Shown: in pieces, positions 50,390 to 63,300 of the stretch
Layout of the letters: each line of letters opens with the position of its first letter
Position numbering within the stretch: the stretch's first letter is position 1
DNA from: Isurus oxyrinchus
Taxonomy: Eukaryota
DNA: 64,000 nt
Direction: 5' to 3'
Assembly (NCBI GenBank): GCA_026770705.1
Contig: JANJGN010000008.1
Coordinates: forward strand, 149,110,001-149,174,000
Translations under genes and position numbers: made by a program
The notes under the pieces: model-generated
Database searches by the model: none
What the model was told of the DNA's origin: nothing
Seen by the model: only the letters and a program-made list of their open reading frames with translations

Positions 50390-51975
50390 AGATTACAGAT
50401 TTATGGTAACTGGCAAAAGAACTAGAGGTGAGATGAGGAAATTTTTTTTTCGGCAGTGAGAGGTGTTACAGTAAACCTTTATAGACCATTGGTTAGGCCT
50501 CAACTGGAGTGTTGTCTCTAGTGAGCCACATTTTAGGAGGAATGTCAAGACCTTAGATAGGGTGCAGAGGGGATTTATTAGAATGATACCAGGGATAACG
50601 GACTTCAGTAATATAGAGGGGACTGGAGCACATAGGAATAAGAGGAGGCCACTTAGCCTCTCGAGCCTCTTCTGCCATTCAGTGAGATCTTGGCTAATCT
50701 GTGATGTAACTCCACATACCTATCTTTGCACCACATCCCTTAATATCTATGGCCTATAAAATATCAATCTCAGATTTAAAATTAACAATTGATCTTGCAT
50801 CAATTACAATTTGTGGAAGAGAGTTCCAAACTTCTGCCATCCTTTGTGTGTAGAAGTGTTTCCTAATTCCACTTCTGAAAGGTCTGGCTTTAGTCTTCAA
50901 ACCATGTCATCAGTCCTAGACTCCCCAACCAGCAGAATAGATTCTCTCTGTTTACCCTATTGTTCCCCTTAATATCTGGAAAACTTTGATCAAATCACCC
51001 CTTACTCTTCTAAATTCAAGGGAATATAACCCAGGTCTGTGTAATCTCTCCTTGTAATTTAACCCTCAGAGTCCAGGTGTCATTCTGGTAAATCTACACT
51101 GCGTTCCTTTCAAGGCCGATATATCCTCCTTAAGGTGTGGCACCCAGAACTGCTTGCAGTACTGTAGATGTGGTCTAACCAGGGCTTCTTTATAGCTGTA
51201 GAAAACTTCCTATTCCCTTGTATTCTAGCCCTTTAGATATAAAGGCCAGCATTGAATTAGCCTCTTCAATTATTTTTAACTCCTGTTCGTGAAAGTTTAA
51301 TGATCCTTGAACCCGGACCTTTGTGAAGGATTTTACTGGAGTAAAGGGGAAACTTTCTGCTGGTGGGAAACAAAGGAATGCAGATTTAAAATACATTTTT
51401 TTATGCAGCAAATTGTTATGATGTGGAATGTGTTACCTGAAAAGATGATGGAATCAGTATCAATAATAACTTTCAAAGTGGAGATGAATAAATTCTTGAA
51501 AAGGAAAAAAATGAAGAGCTATGAGGAAAAGAACAAGCAAGAGTGGAACTAACTGGAAAGCTCTTTCAAAGAGCCAACACAAGCAATATGGGCCAAATGG
51601 CCTGCTGCATTCAAAATCACGAGGGGTCCTGACAGAGTAGATAGGAGAAACTTCCCATTGGTGGAAGGATCGAGAACAAGGGGGCACAGATTTAGGATAA
51701 TTGGCAAAATAAACAATGATGACATAAACTTTTTCAGGCAGGGTGTGGTTGGGATCTCGAATGCACTGCCTGAGAATGTGGTGGAGGCAGGTTCAGTTGA
51801 GCATTCAAGAGGGAATTGCATTATTATCTGAAAAGGAAGAATGTGCAGGGTTATGGGAAGGAGGTGGGGGAATGTCACGAGGTGCATTAGTCATTCAGAG
51901 AGCTGGTGCAGACACAATGGGCCCAATGGCCTCCCTCTGTGCTGTAACAATTCTGAGATTCTGTGCTGTAAGATT
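50390..51975. mobile_element. Nested cluster of CR1 3' fragments in both orientations
   Basis: QRGFIRMIPG and SMLAFISKGLEYKG peptides; terminal ttctgtg/ttctatg microsatellite tail at about 51950-51985. Confidence 0.7.
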
Positions 51976-52210
51976 CTATGATTCTATATACCCAATTGCC
52001 TTTTTGAAAGGGAATGATGCAATAAATAAGTTAATTCTTTCAAACACTGGTACCTATTCAGCTTCAAGTGGATAAAAGATGGTGAGTGAGCACTGTCCAG
52101 TAGTCAAATTCCCAATTCAGTTCTTGCAATGTTTAGTGCAGTGCACTGCCATTGTGGATTGGTGAGATGTGTTGCACCTCATAAATATTGTTCCTTTTTA
52201 TCCTTAGCAG

Positions 52211-52278
52211 GTTTTAGTGGCTCTTCAGCAAGTTCTGTGTTTGGTCAGTCTACGAATGTCAGCAGCATGTTTGGTCAG
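52211..52278 (+). CDS. NUP214: NUP214 FG exon, (S)FSGSSASSVFGQSTNVSSMFGQ; phase 1 to 0; alternative start at 52208
   Basis: tandem tAGcAG acceptor and GTaaga donor; matches GFGSSNTGSVFGQ...VFGQ. Confidence 0.92.
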
Positions 52279-53719
52279 GTAAGATCCTGTAAGCATTAAA
52301 ACATTGTCACATTGAATCCCATTTGAATTGTGACTAAGTTGCCTCTTCCCAAACAATCTCACAGAATAGAATTGCACAATTGCTGCGTTAGAAATGGCAC
52401 AACATAATGGTGATATTTGAGAGTCCATACTTAGTTCTATCTTCGCAGTTGCAACCAAATTTCACCTATTGCAGCATCTTATTGAACAGAAGGGCCCATT
52501 CCTGTTAGTGTTGGCTCTGAGCTTTTCCAATTATTTCCGACTTCTTTCCCCACCCCTGTTTTTCTCCATAGCCCTGCACATTTTTTCCTTTTCTAGTATT
52601 TATCCAATTCCTTTTTGAAATTTACTTTTCAATCTGCTTCCGTCAATCTTTCAAGCACTGCATTCCATAAAAATACAATTCTGTTTCCCATCCGGTTCTT
52701 CTAACAGTTATCTTATACCTGTCTCCTCTGCAACATTCCCTCTAATTTCCCTGCGCTGTGTGCTCCTTGTTTCTTGCACTGTATAGTCCCTTTAGGATTG
52801 CTGCACAGCTGTGCACGACGTATCCAAAAAGGACCACTGCTTGTGCACAGCCTCTTTGGTCCCCTGGGTGGCACATTTCTGATTGCTGTGCACCTATACA
52901 GCATGGGGAGAGCGTTGCTTCTCTTGTTTTCAACCCTCTTGCCAGTGGAATCAGCTTCTCCTATTTACTCTCATTACAACCCTTCCTAATTTTGATCACC
53001 TCTATTAAATCTCCTCTTGACCTTCCCTGCTCTAAGGAGAACATCTGCAGCTCCTTTAGTCTCTCAGCTTAGCTGAAACCTCTCATACCTAGTGCCATTT
53101 GCGGAATTACATGGTATTTGACAACGCAGACTTTGGTCCACCTGGTCCAAGCCCATGCTAATGCTTCAGTTGAACCTCCTCACACCTTGCTTTGTCTAAC
53201 TTTACCCTTCTTTTCCTTTGTCTTTTGTTTTTCCAGCTTCCTCTTAAATGCATCCCTGCTCCTTGTGCTAATGAGTTCCACTTTCTAACCACTCTCCTCA
53301 ATTCTCAATTACATTTATTGGTGGCTATCTTGTATTTATTTCCCCTAGCTTTGGTCCCCACAAGTGACAATATTACTTTGCCTACCCTATCAAACCCCGT
53401 CATTACTTTAAATTGTGGCTGGAATCTCTTGCAAGGTCACTGAATTATGTTCACCCTTCCAGTATTCTAATGCACTGCATTGGCTGTGGGGAGAATGCTC
53501 ATCACTCCACATGTTGAGCTAGTCTGTAACCTGGAGGTTTAAGGTTATAAGAACAGCATTCTGTATTACCTGGTTTCATTATCAGGTCATGATAGCCAAC
53601 AGAGAAGGATAACCAGTGGGTGACCTGCACCCCTGGAGTCTACCCACCTTTCTTCACATTCCAGGACAGTGAGAGCTGTTTCTTTTTTGCTGGGTTTTCT
53701 GTGATCCCCCGTCCCGCCC

Positions 53720-54447
53720 ACTCTGCTATTCTGTGATCATTTACATCTCCTCTAGATCCATCTTTATTTCTTTAGTGGCCCCGTTACCACTATTGCACCA
53801 TTTTCCCTTTTGTCACTCTATCACTCCTGTCTTGCACCCTATCACAGACCTTCCCTTATGTCAGTGTTTTTGCCCATTGACTCAGTTTTGTTGGGGGGGA
53901 GGGGTTGTTGAGCAAGGGCAAATGTTTTATCCACGGTAGTTTTAAAAGCTTTGCATCCCCGAGCCCTGAATTGTGCTGCTGCATGTAACAAAACTTCGGT
54001 GGCAACCTTGGGCTATGCCGCCATTTGCCACATTGAGCGTTTAAGCTACCTCCTCCATTACATTCAAAGAAGTTTCCGATTAGCCAGTCGGAGCATTGAA
54101 CTGAATGGCCAATTAGGGCAGTGAAAAGCTGTGGCATTGATGAACTGTTTGGGGTGAAAAAAAAATTGTGTCCCAGCCAAAGCCTCCATTTGACAGTCGG
54201 CATTGCTCCCTCTGAGCTTGCGAACCCAAATGATTGGCACATGGCCCCAATGGGGTCGTGATCTACAGTTTGAGAACCCCTGTCTTATGTTCTACACTAG
54301 CCTCCAATTTCCTGCCTCTAATTTCAAATTCCTTCCAGTTCTGATGAAAGCTTATCAACCTAGGTCATTCAATTGTGTCTCTCTCTCTCTCGCCAAAGAT
54401 GCTGCCAGACCTGCTGAATACTTTTCCAGCATTTTCTGTTTATATTT
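53720..54447 (+). mobile_element. Penelope-like 3' fragment interrupted by a hAT-type MITE
   Basis: 53720-53860 resembles the reverse complement of about 2210-2350; the pseudo-LTR resumes after 54290 with CTGATGA at 54341. Confidence 0.65.
53862..54282. mobile_element. Non-autonomous hAT-type DNA transposon (MITE)
   Basis: Ends cagtgttttt... and ...tttgagaacccctg; 8-bp flanks ccttatgt / tcttatgt (7 of 8 identical). Confidence 0.65.
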
Positions 54448-54639
54448 TATGGCCTTTGTCCCATCTGTTTGAATTATAATAATACTCTGGTCCCATAGGT
54501 GAAAACAGCTGATAAACATATTTGTACTGCTGCCAAACTCCCTGTGGTTTTCATGATTTTTGTATTTCCTCACATTGAGAGGAAAGAGTTGAGCGGTGGA
54601 GCAGGTGGCTAATATTGTCAACTGTTCCTGATGTCTGCC

Positions 54640-55320
54640 ACCACACACGTAGTCAGACTAGTTCCTGCTGCCCATTGTCCAGATGTTACTAGCAGTATCC
54701 CTTGGGGATCTATACTCGGGCCTCGCAGCTTTTCACTGTATTTGTAAATGAAATGGGATGAAAGAATAGAAAGCCATGTATCCATGTTTGTTGACAGCAC
54801 CAAGTTAGGTGCCAATAGTGTTAATAGTGTAGTTGAGAGTAGAAACCTACACAGTGACAGATTAATTGAGTGGACGAGTCTGTGGTGATGAAGCTCAATG
54901 TAGGGGAGTGTTAGGTCGTTCAATTTGGACCTAAGATAGATGAGAGTATTTTATAAATGGGAGTGGCTAGGAACTGTGGAGGAGCACGGAAATTTAGTGC
55001 TTTAATCCCAGAACTATTAAAAATTAGTGGACAGGTACAAAAAAAATCTTAAAAGGCTAATTGAATCTTGGCCTTTATTTCAAGGGGTCTGGAATACAAA
55101 AAGTGGAAGTTGCATTGCAGTTTTATAAAACTTTAGTTAGACCCTATTTAGAGTGTTGCAATCAGTTCTGGGTGCCACAACTTAGGAAGGATATATTGGC
55201 CCATGAGTCTGTACAGCAGAGATTCACTAGACAAGGGCATTAAACATTATGACACCATGGGAATGGTGTTATGAGACAGATCAGTTATGATCTAATTGAG
55301 TGACAGAACAGGCTCGAGGG
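54640..55320 (+). mobile_element. Decayed CR1 RT fragment
   Basis: FYKTLVRPYLECCNQFWVPQLRKDILA peptide; degenerate FVDSTKL (FADDTKL) at about 54785. Confidence 0.7.
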
Positions 55321-56160
55321 GCCCCTTACTCACAACTCTGACTCATGTTAACTACACTGTGTTTAAAGCTGTGCCCTAAAGTAGTACAACACATAATCAG
55401 TTCAGAAGTGATTTGTTTGGCTCTGTGCTTTGTGCCAAGCACATGTGAAACATATTTGTTTTGGGTTATGTCCACTAGTATGCTGGTTCTCCCTCAGATG
55501 CTGTGCCGGTGATGCTGACTGTATGTGTAGTGGAGGGTTCTTCTAAAGAAAGGTCTGGGATGGCAGTCTGTGGTACAGTCTGTAGGACTGTAGTCCTCTG
55601 GAAACTTCAACTCATCCAAAACTCTGCTGTCTATAACCTACCCCGCTCCAAGCACCACCCACCATTAATCCTGAACACACTGGCCTACACTGGCTCCCGG
55701 CCTAACCTTGAATTTAAAATTTTCATCTTAAAGATCAAATCCCTGAATGTCCTCCCTACCTCTGGAACCTCCTCCATTCTCCAACATTTCTGCGCTGCTG
55801 CAATTCTGGCCTCTTGCACATCCCCGCTTTTCTTTGATCCAATATTGGTGATTCTGTCCAGCTGCCTGTGCCTCAGGTTCTGGAATTTCCTCCCTCACCT
55901 CTCCATTTCTCTTTCCCCCTTGGGATGGCTCCCGAAAACACACCTCTTTGACAAAGCTTTTGGTCACCTGTCTAGATTTCTCCTTATGTGGCTCCATGTC
56001 AGATTTTGCCTAATAACCCTCCTGTGAAGCACCTTGAGACCATTTCACTGCTTTAACGGGTGCTTTACAAATACAAGTTGTTGCTGCTAGACATGCAATA
56101 ATTTTCTCAGAAGGTAAAAGTAGGACACTGCTGACTTTTCACTATACCTTTTCTCCACAG

Positions 56161-56299
56161 CCTGGTAGTACGGCATCAATTTTTGGTTCTCCGGCCACTA
56201 CAGGTGGATTCTTTAGCGGACTGGGAAGAAAGCCAAGCTTGGATGCAGGTGCTCGGAATCCGTTTGGACAGATGAGCTTTGGATCAACTGAGGCTGCTA
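56161..56299 (+). CDS. NUP214: NUP214 FG exon, PGSTASIFGSPATTGGFFSGLGRKPSLDAGARNPFGQMSFGSTEAA; phase 0 to 1
   Basis: cacAG acceptor and GTgagt donor; conserved GGFFSGLGGKPS...NPF motif. Confidence 0.95.
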
Positions 56300-56751
56300 G
56301 TGAGTTCAATGGAATTTTTTTTGGGATGGCAGTCTTTGGGAGATGTGTGGTATTCCTGGCTTGTGTATTGCTCAGAAAAGGGAGCCGCTGACTGATTTGT
56401 GTATAAAAGCAGCATAATTTATTGACCCCCATCCTCCGCACATGGTTGCTTAATAAGACCATGAGGGTTCCATCTCGTAGCTGGGGTGAGACTGGGACGG
56501 TTTCTGATATTGGATCTGAACCCAGTTGAAAGCCTGGATCAAAAGCAGTAGTTTGTTGGATCAGGATTTCCTGTTCCAGGTGATAGGTAGATTCCCATGG
56601 GAATTTCCCTGAAATTTCAGCCCTGGCTCGATGGGTAGCACTCTTGCCTCTGAATCAGAACGTTGTGGGTTCAAGGCAAGCCTTACTCCAGAGACCTGAG
56701 CATGAAATCTAGGCTGATCCTCCCAGTGCCATTACTGAGGTAGCACTCTGC

Positions 56752-56993
56752 CAGTGGTTTTCAACCTTTTTTATTATAAAACAATATATTGCAAAATTCT
56801 GTGGAACCCCAACAGCTCTCCCCTATCGAGTTTTTTTTATATGAATAATTATTTTTCATTAAATGTAAGAACAATATAACATGAAAAATTTAAAAATTTG
56901 GTACAATTTTCACATGATTTGAAGTTGCACGGAACCCTTCATGAATGCCTGGGGAATCCTTGTGTTCTGGGGAACCCTGGTTGAAAAACGCTG
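56752..56993. mobile_element. Non-autonomous hAT-type MITE nested in a DeuSINE-type SINE
   Basis: TIRs cagtggttttcaacc / ggttgaaaaacgctg, internal ggaaccc motifs, degenerate 8-bp flanks; the host SINE continues on both sides (56620-57280). Confidence 0.75.
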
Positions 56994-58454
56994 CACTACA
57001 CTGTCGAAGGTTCTATCTGTCAGATAAGAATCGAGACCCAATCTCTGGTGGGTGTAAAAAAAAAAAAATCCTGTGGCACTTTTTGAAAGAAAAGCAAATA
57101 AATTATTGCCAATGCCCTGGTCAATATTTACCCCACAACCAATATCACTAAATCAGATTATCTGGGCATTGCTGTGTGTGAACTTTCCCTGCATAAATTG
57201 GCTGCCTGTGTTACCGAAGTGACTGCACTTCAGGACTCCTGAAGTTGTGAAAGGTGCTTTATAAATGCAAGTCTGTTTTTATACAGATGGAGCTGGTAAC
57301 AGGAAAGGGGAAAAATTGCAACATGGTATTCTTTTTAACTCAGCTTGACCTTGTCTCACACCCTGTATGAACTGGAGTGTACTCAGCATCTGTGCGTTGG
57401 CTTAAAACCTAGCCCTATCGGGGCCGATGATGTGGCTGTTTCACTCTTGGACATATTTGTTTGTAGGTGATCTAGGCCTCGCTTATTGACCTGTCTCATT
57501 AGGAGCAGTAATGGTGACTGAGTCATCCCACTGAAACACAACTAAAACTCATCATTTAAAGTCACCGCTAATGCAGTAAACACATAGCCCAGTCAAACTA
57601 CCATATGCCAAAATGAGGAACAATGTACCAATAAAACTGAAAAGAACCTTACCAATGAACTCCTAATGGTATTAACTGTTTCTATAAGATGCTGTATTCC
57701 CTATGGCCACAGCAGGTTCCAAAGACACTGTATGCGCCCTCTCCAAGATCAGCCATTTCCACTGTGTGGCTGCAGCTCAGCCGCACACTGCTGATCCTTG
57801 ACTGCCCTGTTACAGCATGGATGGTCTTGTAAGTTACCCCCCAAAATAAACAGCATTTTCAGGTAGATATCCACAGATATGTTAAGTATATGATAACTAT
57901 TAATGACATATTTAAACATAACACTTAACAGTAGTGCAGAGCTAAACCTTGTGCATTTTTACCAGAGATTCCTCACACACTGGAGGGGCCTGACTAAGTT
58001 GTGATGCCTATGATTCTGTATATGTTTCCAATCTTGTTTTGTTCTAATGTTGCCTGATCTTCCTTTTCATGTCCCTGTTAATAATTTCTGTTTTACACAT
58101 CCTGATTTTTCTGTCAATCAAATCCTAAGGCCGTAGACAGTTCGCCAACTGTCAAAGGCCTTCTTGCACTCCTGTGCGGGTGTTAGTTTTCTGTCATCCT
58201 GGGTCCTATTCCTTATGACAGACATCACCTTTCAATCTGCTCTTTGCATGCAGCCACTTATGTATCAATACAATGCCCCTCGGCTATTTTCAACTTTACA
58301 GACACCTATCCGTCATAAAATATCAGCTCTCTCCTGTGGTCCTGAATAGTTGAAAGATGAATAGTCCACAAGATGCCATTCTATTTACTCGCCCATGCAA
58401 ACCCCCCAGGGCCTTATCATAGGAGCTGCCAAAATCAAAGGGATAATCAAAAGG

Positions 58455-58780
58455 GTCTGGTAGCACAGTTATGTTACTGGGCGAGTTATCCAGAGGCCTG
58501 GATTAATGATCCTGTGGCCTGAGTTCAAATCCCACCACGATAGCTGGAGAATTTAAATTCAACTAATGGTTCACAAAAGCTCTTTAGGGAAGGAAATCTG
58601 CCATCCTGTCAGCCCTTTATGTGACTACAGACCCACAGCAATGTGGTTGGCTCATAATTGCCCTCTGAAATGGCCTAGCAAGCCACTCAGTTGTATTCAC
58701 CACCTTCTCAAAGGTAATTAGAGATGAGTAATAAATGCTGGCCTGACCAATGACACCACATCCCATGAATACATTTTTAA
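58455..58780 (+). mobile_element. tRNA-headed SINE sharing both its body and its tail with the 17.6-20.6 kb LINE; further copies at 13312-13800(-), 34555-34870(+) and 37710-38117(+)
   Basis: g(a/g)gttcaaatccc B box; body tttagggaaggaaatctgcc...gtgactccagacccacagcaatgtggttg; tail aataaatgctggcc...cacatcccatgaa. Confidence 0.8.
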
Positions 58781-59164
58781 AAATGCTACTTCTAATGGGA
58801 TCAATTCCAATTGAAAAAGTACTGGACACAATTAAATTAATTTAGAGAAATCAGGAGCCGTTCCATTTGATTCGCTAACAACCCTGTTGGTGGAGGGGAG
58901 GGGGCTTCAGTGTCGAGGAAATTTTTTAGTCGGAGGACCTTCTCATGGGTCAGCTCCTAGCTGACACAGTGGTTTATAAGTCCAGGGTGGGCACAGTCTG
59001 TGATTTATCTGCCCATCTTCTATGGTATTTTCCATGCTGGGTGTTCTTGGAGAAGGATCATTGGAGTCTTTGCTTACGCAGGCTGTTTGGCAATTTGCCC
59101 AGTTAGACACTTATTAGTGCCCTGGCAGAATTTTTCTTTAGTCACACATACACACACGCACACA

Positions 59165-60050
59165 CAATCACAGAATCACAGTACAGAAGAGGCCCTTTGG
59201 CCCATCAAGTCTGCAGCGACACGTGGGAAACACTTGACCTACCTACCTAATCCCATTTCCCAGCACTTGGCCCATAGCCTTGAATGTTATGACGTGCCAA
59301 GTGCTCATCCAAGTACTTTTTAAAGGATGTGAGGCACCCTGCCTCCTCGACTCTGCCAGGCAGTACATTCCAGGCCGTCACCACCCTCTGGGTCAAAAAG
59401 TTTTTCCTCACACCCCCTTAAACCTCCTGCCCCTCACCTTAAAACTTATGTCCCCTCGTGACTGACCCTTCAACTAAGGAGAACAGCTGCTCCCTATCCA
59501 CCCTGTCCATACCCCTCATAATCTCGTACACCTCGATCAGGTCGCCCCTCAGTCTTCTCTGCTCCAACGAAAACAAGTCTATGCAACCTCTCTTCCCAGG
59601 CAACATCCTGGTGAATCTGCTCTGCACTCCCTCCAGTGCAATCACATTCTTCCTATAATGTGGCGACCAGAACTGCATACAGTACTCCAGCTGTGGCATC
59701 ACCAAGGTTCTATACAACTCCAACATGACCTCCCTACTTTTGTAATCTATCCCTCGATTGATTAAAGCAAGTGTTCCATATGCCTTTTTCACCATCCCAC
59801 GAACATGCCCCTCCACCTTCAGAGATCTATGGACACACACGCCAAGGTCCCTTTGTTCCTCAGAACTTCCTAGTGCCATGCCATTCATTGAATATTTCCT
59901 TGTCAAATTACTCCTTCCAAAGTGAATCACCTCACATTTTTCAGAGTTAAATTCCATCTGCCACTTATCAGCCCATTTGACCATCCCGTCTATATCTTCC
60001 TGTAGCCCAAGACACTCAACCTCACTGTTAACCCAGCCGATCTTTGTGTG
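59165..60050 (-). mobile_element. CR1 LINE 3' fragment
   Basis: ORF 59439-60056: WADKWQMEFNSEKCEVIHFG...RDLGV...LEYCMQFWSPHY...RRLRGDLIEVY, typical CR1 ORF2 C-terminus. Confidence 0.9.
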
Positions 60051-62943
60051 CTTCACAGTTTAATGATTCCATGATTTGAAACTCTTGAAACAGCATGGAA
60101 TACTACTGTTACCATTCAAACTCTTCCATCAGCCCTGATTGCATTTCAATTAATAAACTGCAAGACCGTGCCACAAGTCAGCTGTAATTCACCTGGAATT
60201 CCAACAGGACAATGATTAAGATACATCAGAGCTTTTATTTATCTATGGTCACTTCCAGTTTAATTTGGGTCAGGAAATTGTCCCACTTTTTTTTTCCCCT
60301 GCTACAGTACAGCCAGGATTGGAAAACCCTTTCCCACTGTATAGACTTTGGTGACATTGGTTAAGGGAGTAATAAGAAATAGGGTCTGGATGGAGTAGAC
60401 CATTTGACTCTTTGAATCTGCTGCAGCATTCAACACCAGGACACAGGGAGAACACCTCTCAGAATAGTCCTTGGAACTTTTTAGCATCCTCTTGAATCAT
60501 TGGAATAGGCAGAAGGGTCTCTGTTATATGTATCAATAGCTCTGAGCAGGCCTCACTCTTGAGTAATGCACTAGAATGTTGACCCAGATTGTGCTCAAAT
60601 CCTCAGAGACAAGAGCGCTATAACTTCTGTCTTTCACTTGTTTTCTGGATGTGAATGCTGGCAGAGCCAGATTTATTGGCTGTCCTTGGTTGTCCTGAGA
60701 GTGGTGACTGGTCTTTTCCTTAAGCTGCTGCAGGCCATCTCCTGACATTATTAGGCAGGGGTACTCCAGGATTTTGATTCCGGTGAGAATGAAGGAATGC
60801 CAGTATATATCCAAATCAGGGAGGGTGTGTAAATTGTGGGTGATGGTATTCTCAACTACTCACTGCTCTTGTCCTCCTTTGGTGATTGAGGTCACAGGAT
60901 TGAGATGTGCTGAGCCAAGCTCTGATGCATTTTGAATTTGGGGTGAGTTTAGAATCATATAGTGCAGAAGGAGACCATTTGGCCCACTGTGCCTGTGCCA
61001 GCTCTGAGTTACCAATCTGCCACTTTCCTCTTTCCCCATAGCCCTGGGAACTTCTTCCTTGAAGCTCCTTCAACTCTGTGTTACCTCCTGTATTGAGCTA
61101 AAAATGAAATCCAGGTGAACTGAATATCTTCCAACTTTCATTGTTAGAACTGCATCTGTTAAATCATAGAACAAGTTGTTGGGAAAACAATTGAGAGCAG
61201 GACACTTCATTAAAAAAGCAGCCATGTGCTGCAAGGGTAGGGCTGGAAGCAAGGGATTAAATGCCCCTTCTTCATCTGGACCTATGGTCTAGTGCAGTTT
61301 AATCAGGCTATTGAGAGGTTAGTTATCAGATGTAATGCTCCCAGTGAGGAACCCTTTCTCATCAGGAGCAGCATTTGGAGACAGGCTGTGCACGTCTTCT
61401 CGATTTTAAGTTTATTAGTCAGAACATCGTACCTGGCGGGCATCTGACTTGAATATATTTGTACACACTTTGCAACCAGGACTTGTCAAAACACGGAGTG
61501 AGTGGTAGAATAACTTAATTTGAATGTTAAGGGAAGGCAAAAGAAAAACTGTTTTTTGTGTTGAAGTGGACTGCGGGAACACAGTTTCTTTACAGCTCAT
61601 AGCTGGTTTGAGCAGTAGCTGTACTCACTCTACCAGCTTCACCTTGCAGTCCTTTGAGAAGCTCTGAGATGTCAAACTGTTTTAAGTAGTCTTGTTAAAT
61701 AGTCCAAAACCAGACTATCCAATCTGCTGGCAGTAGGGTTTACACGGCTTGTGACAAAAGAAGCAACCTAGGTGACCTGTATTTTGTTAAAGGCAGTCAT
61801 TTGTGCATGGACTATGTTAATAAGTTTAAAGTTCACATCACTTTTTAATTGGGTGTAACTGTGTAGGTTGTAGAGGTGCTCTGAGAACTGAGGTTTGAGG
61901 ATTTTTACAGCACAGAAATTGGCCGTTTGGCCAAACTGGTCAATATCGGTGTGTTTGTGCTCTACACAAACCTCCTCCTACACTCCCTTCATCTAACCCT
62001 AATCCTGCATTCCTTTCTCTTGTGTTTACCTAACTTTCCCTTAAATTATGTATGGGTCTTGTGAGGATTTCTAAAATGAATACGTGTCCTAGGGATAATA
62101 GTTGAGCAGCCGTCTGCCCAAGTTGGCATTGTAATCCAGCAGAGTGCAGAAAGCAAACCCTTGCATTTGTGTGGAACATTAACTGCTGCTTAGTATGCCC
62201 TTGAGCACAGAGAGAGAAAGCCCTTGCATCTTGCATCATTGAGAGGAATACTTTGGATTTGTCAGAAAATGCATTGTTAGGTGATGGCTGCACAAATCTA
62301 AGTGAGCACAGTTCAGATTATTTCACATCAGTTGTGAATGTTGATGATTGGCAAAGTGACCTTTTTCTTAAAAGCCTTGATTCAGTATTTCCTCCACATA
62401 GCCTAATAAGCACTAACTGCAGTGTAGTCTTGTCAAGTTTGACATTAAGGTAAGAGAGAGAGAACTTGAATTTCTAAAATGCCTGTCACATCCTCAGAAT
62501 GTTCAGATGCACTCTGCAGTTGCTTTTTGACAGATTCTCATCGTTGTTTTGTAGGCCAAGTCCGTGCATTGTAAGCTCCCACAAACAGCAATCTTGTATT
62601 ACAACTGTGCCTAAAGTTCAGAAGCAATTCATTGGCTATAAAGCACTTTGGGTATGTTCTGAGGTGACGAAAGGCACTATATAAATGCAAGTTTTTTCTT
62701 TCAAATGACCAGATAATCATCTTGGTTTTCATCGTTCCACCAATGGCAGCCATGACATCAGGTGCCCTGGCTCCAAGTTTAGGAATTCTCTCCCTAAACC
62801 CCTCCCTGCCTCTTTCCTTCTTTGTGATGCTCCTTAAAAACAATCTCACCTGTCCTAATGTCCCATGCGACTTGGGGGCCCAGATTTTGTTTGGTTATGT
62901 GCCTGTGTAGTGTCTTGGATGGTATTATGCCAAAGGTGGTATA

Positions 62944-63151
62944 TGTTAATGTCTTGTCAGTTACATTGTTACGGTTAACATAAACAGGTGATGGGTATCA
63001 ATTGTCTTTGAGCACATATAAATAAGTGATAGCTGAGACATTCAGTTGAGTCGGAGGAGAGCTGTGAAGTTGAACAAGTCAATAAAGTATCTTAAAGAAA
63101 ACCTCTATGTCCTGATTTCAGCTTCACCAACAGTCTTGGATTCTGTTAACA
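62944..63151 (+). mobile_element. 208-bp solo LTR related to 21337-21546, inserted in an L2 tail
   Basis: TGTTAA...TTAACA termini, flanks gtata/ctata; shared blocks acaggtga, gagcac-tataaa, aataaa and tttca-gcttca. Confidence 0.72.
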
Positions 63152-63300
63152 CTATACAAGTTGCTGTTGTAGGAATGATTGAACAGTAAATATTGGCCAG
63201 GACACCAGAACTCCCCTACTCTGAATAGTTCTGGGGATTTTTCCCTCCACCTGAGTAGGCAGATGGGATCACTTAAGTGTTTTTGCTGAAAAACTGCAAC

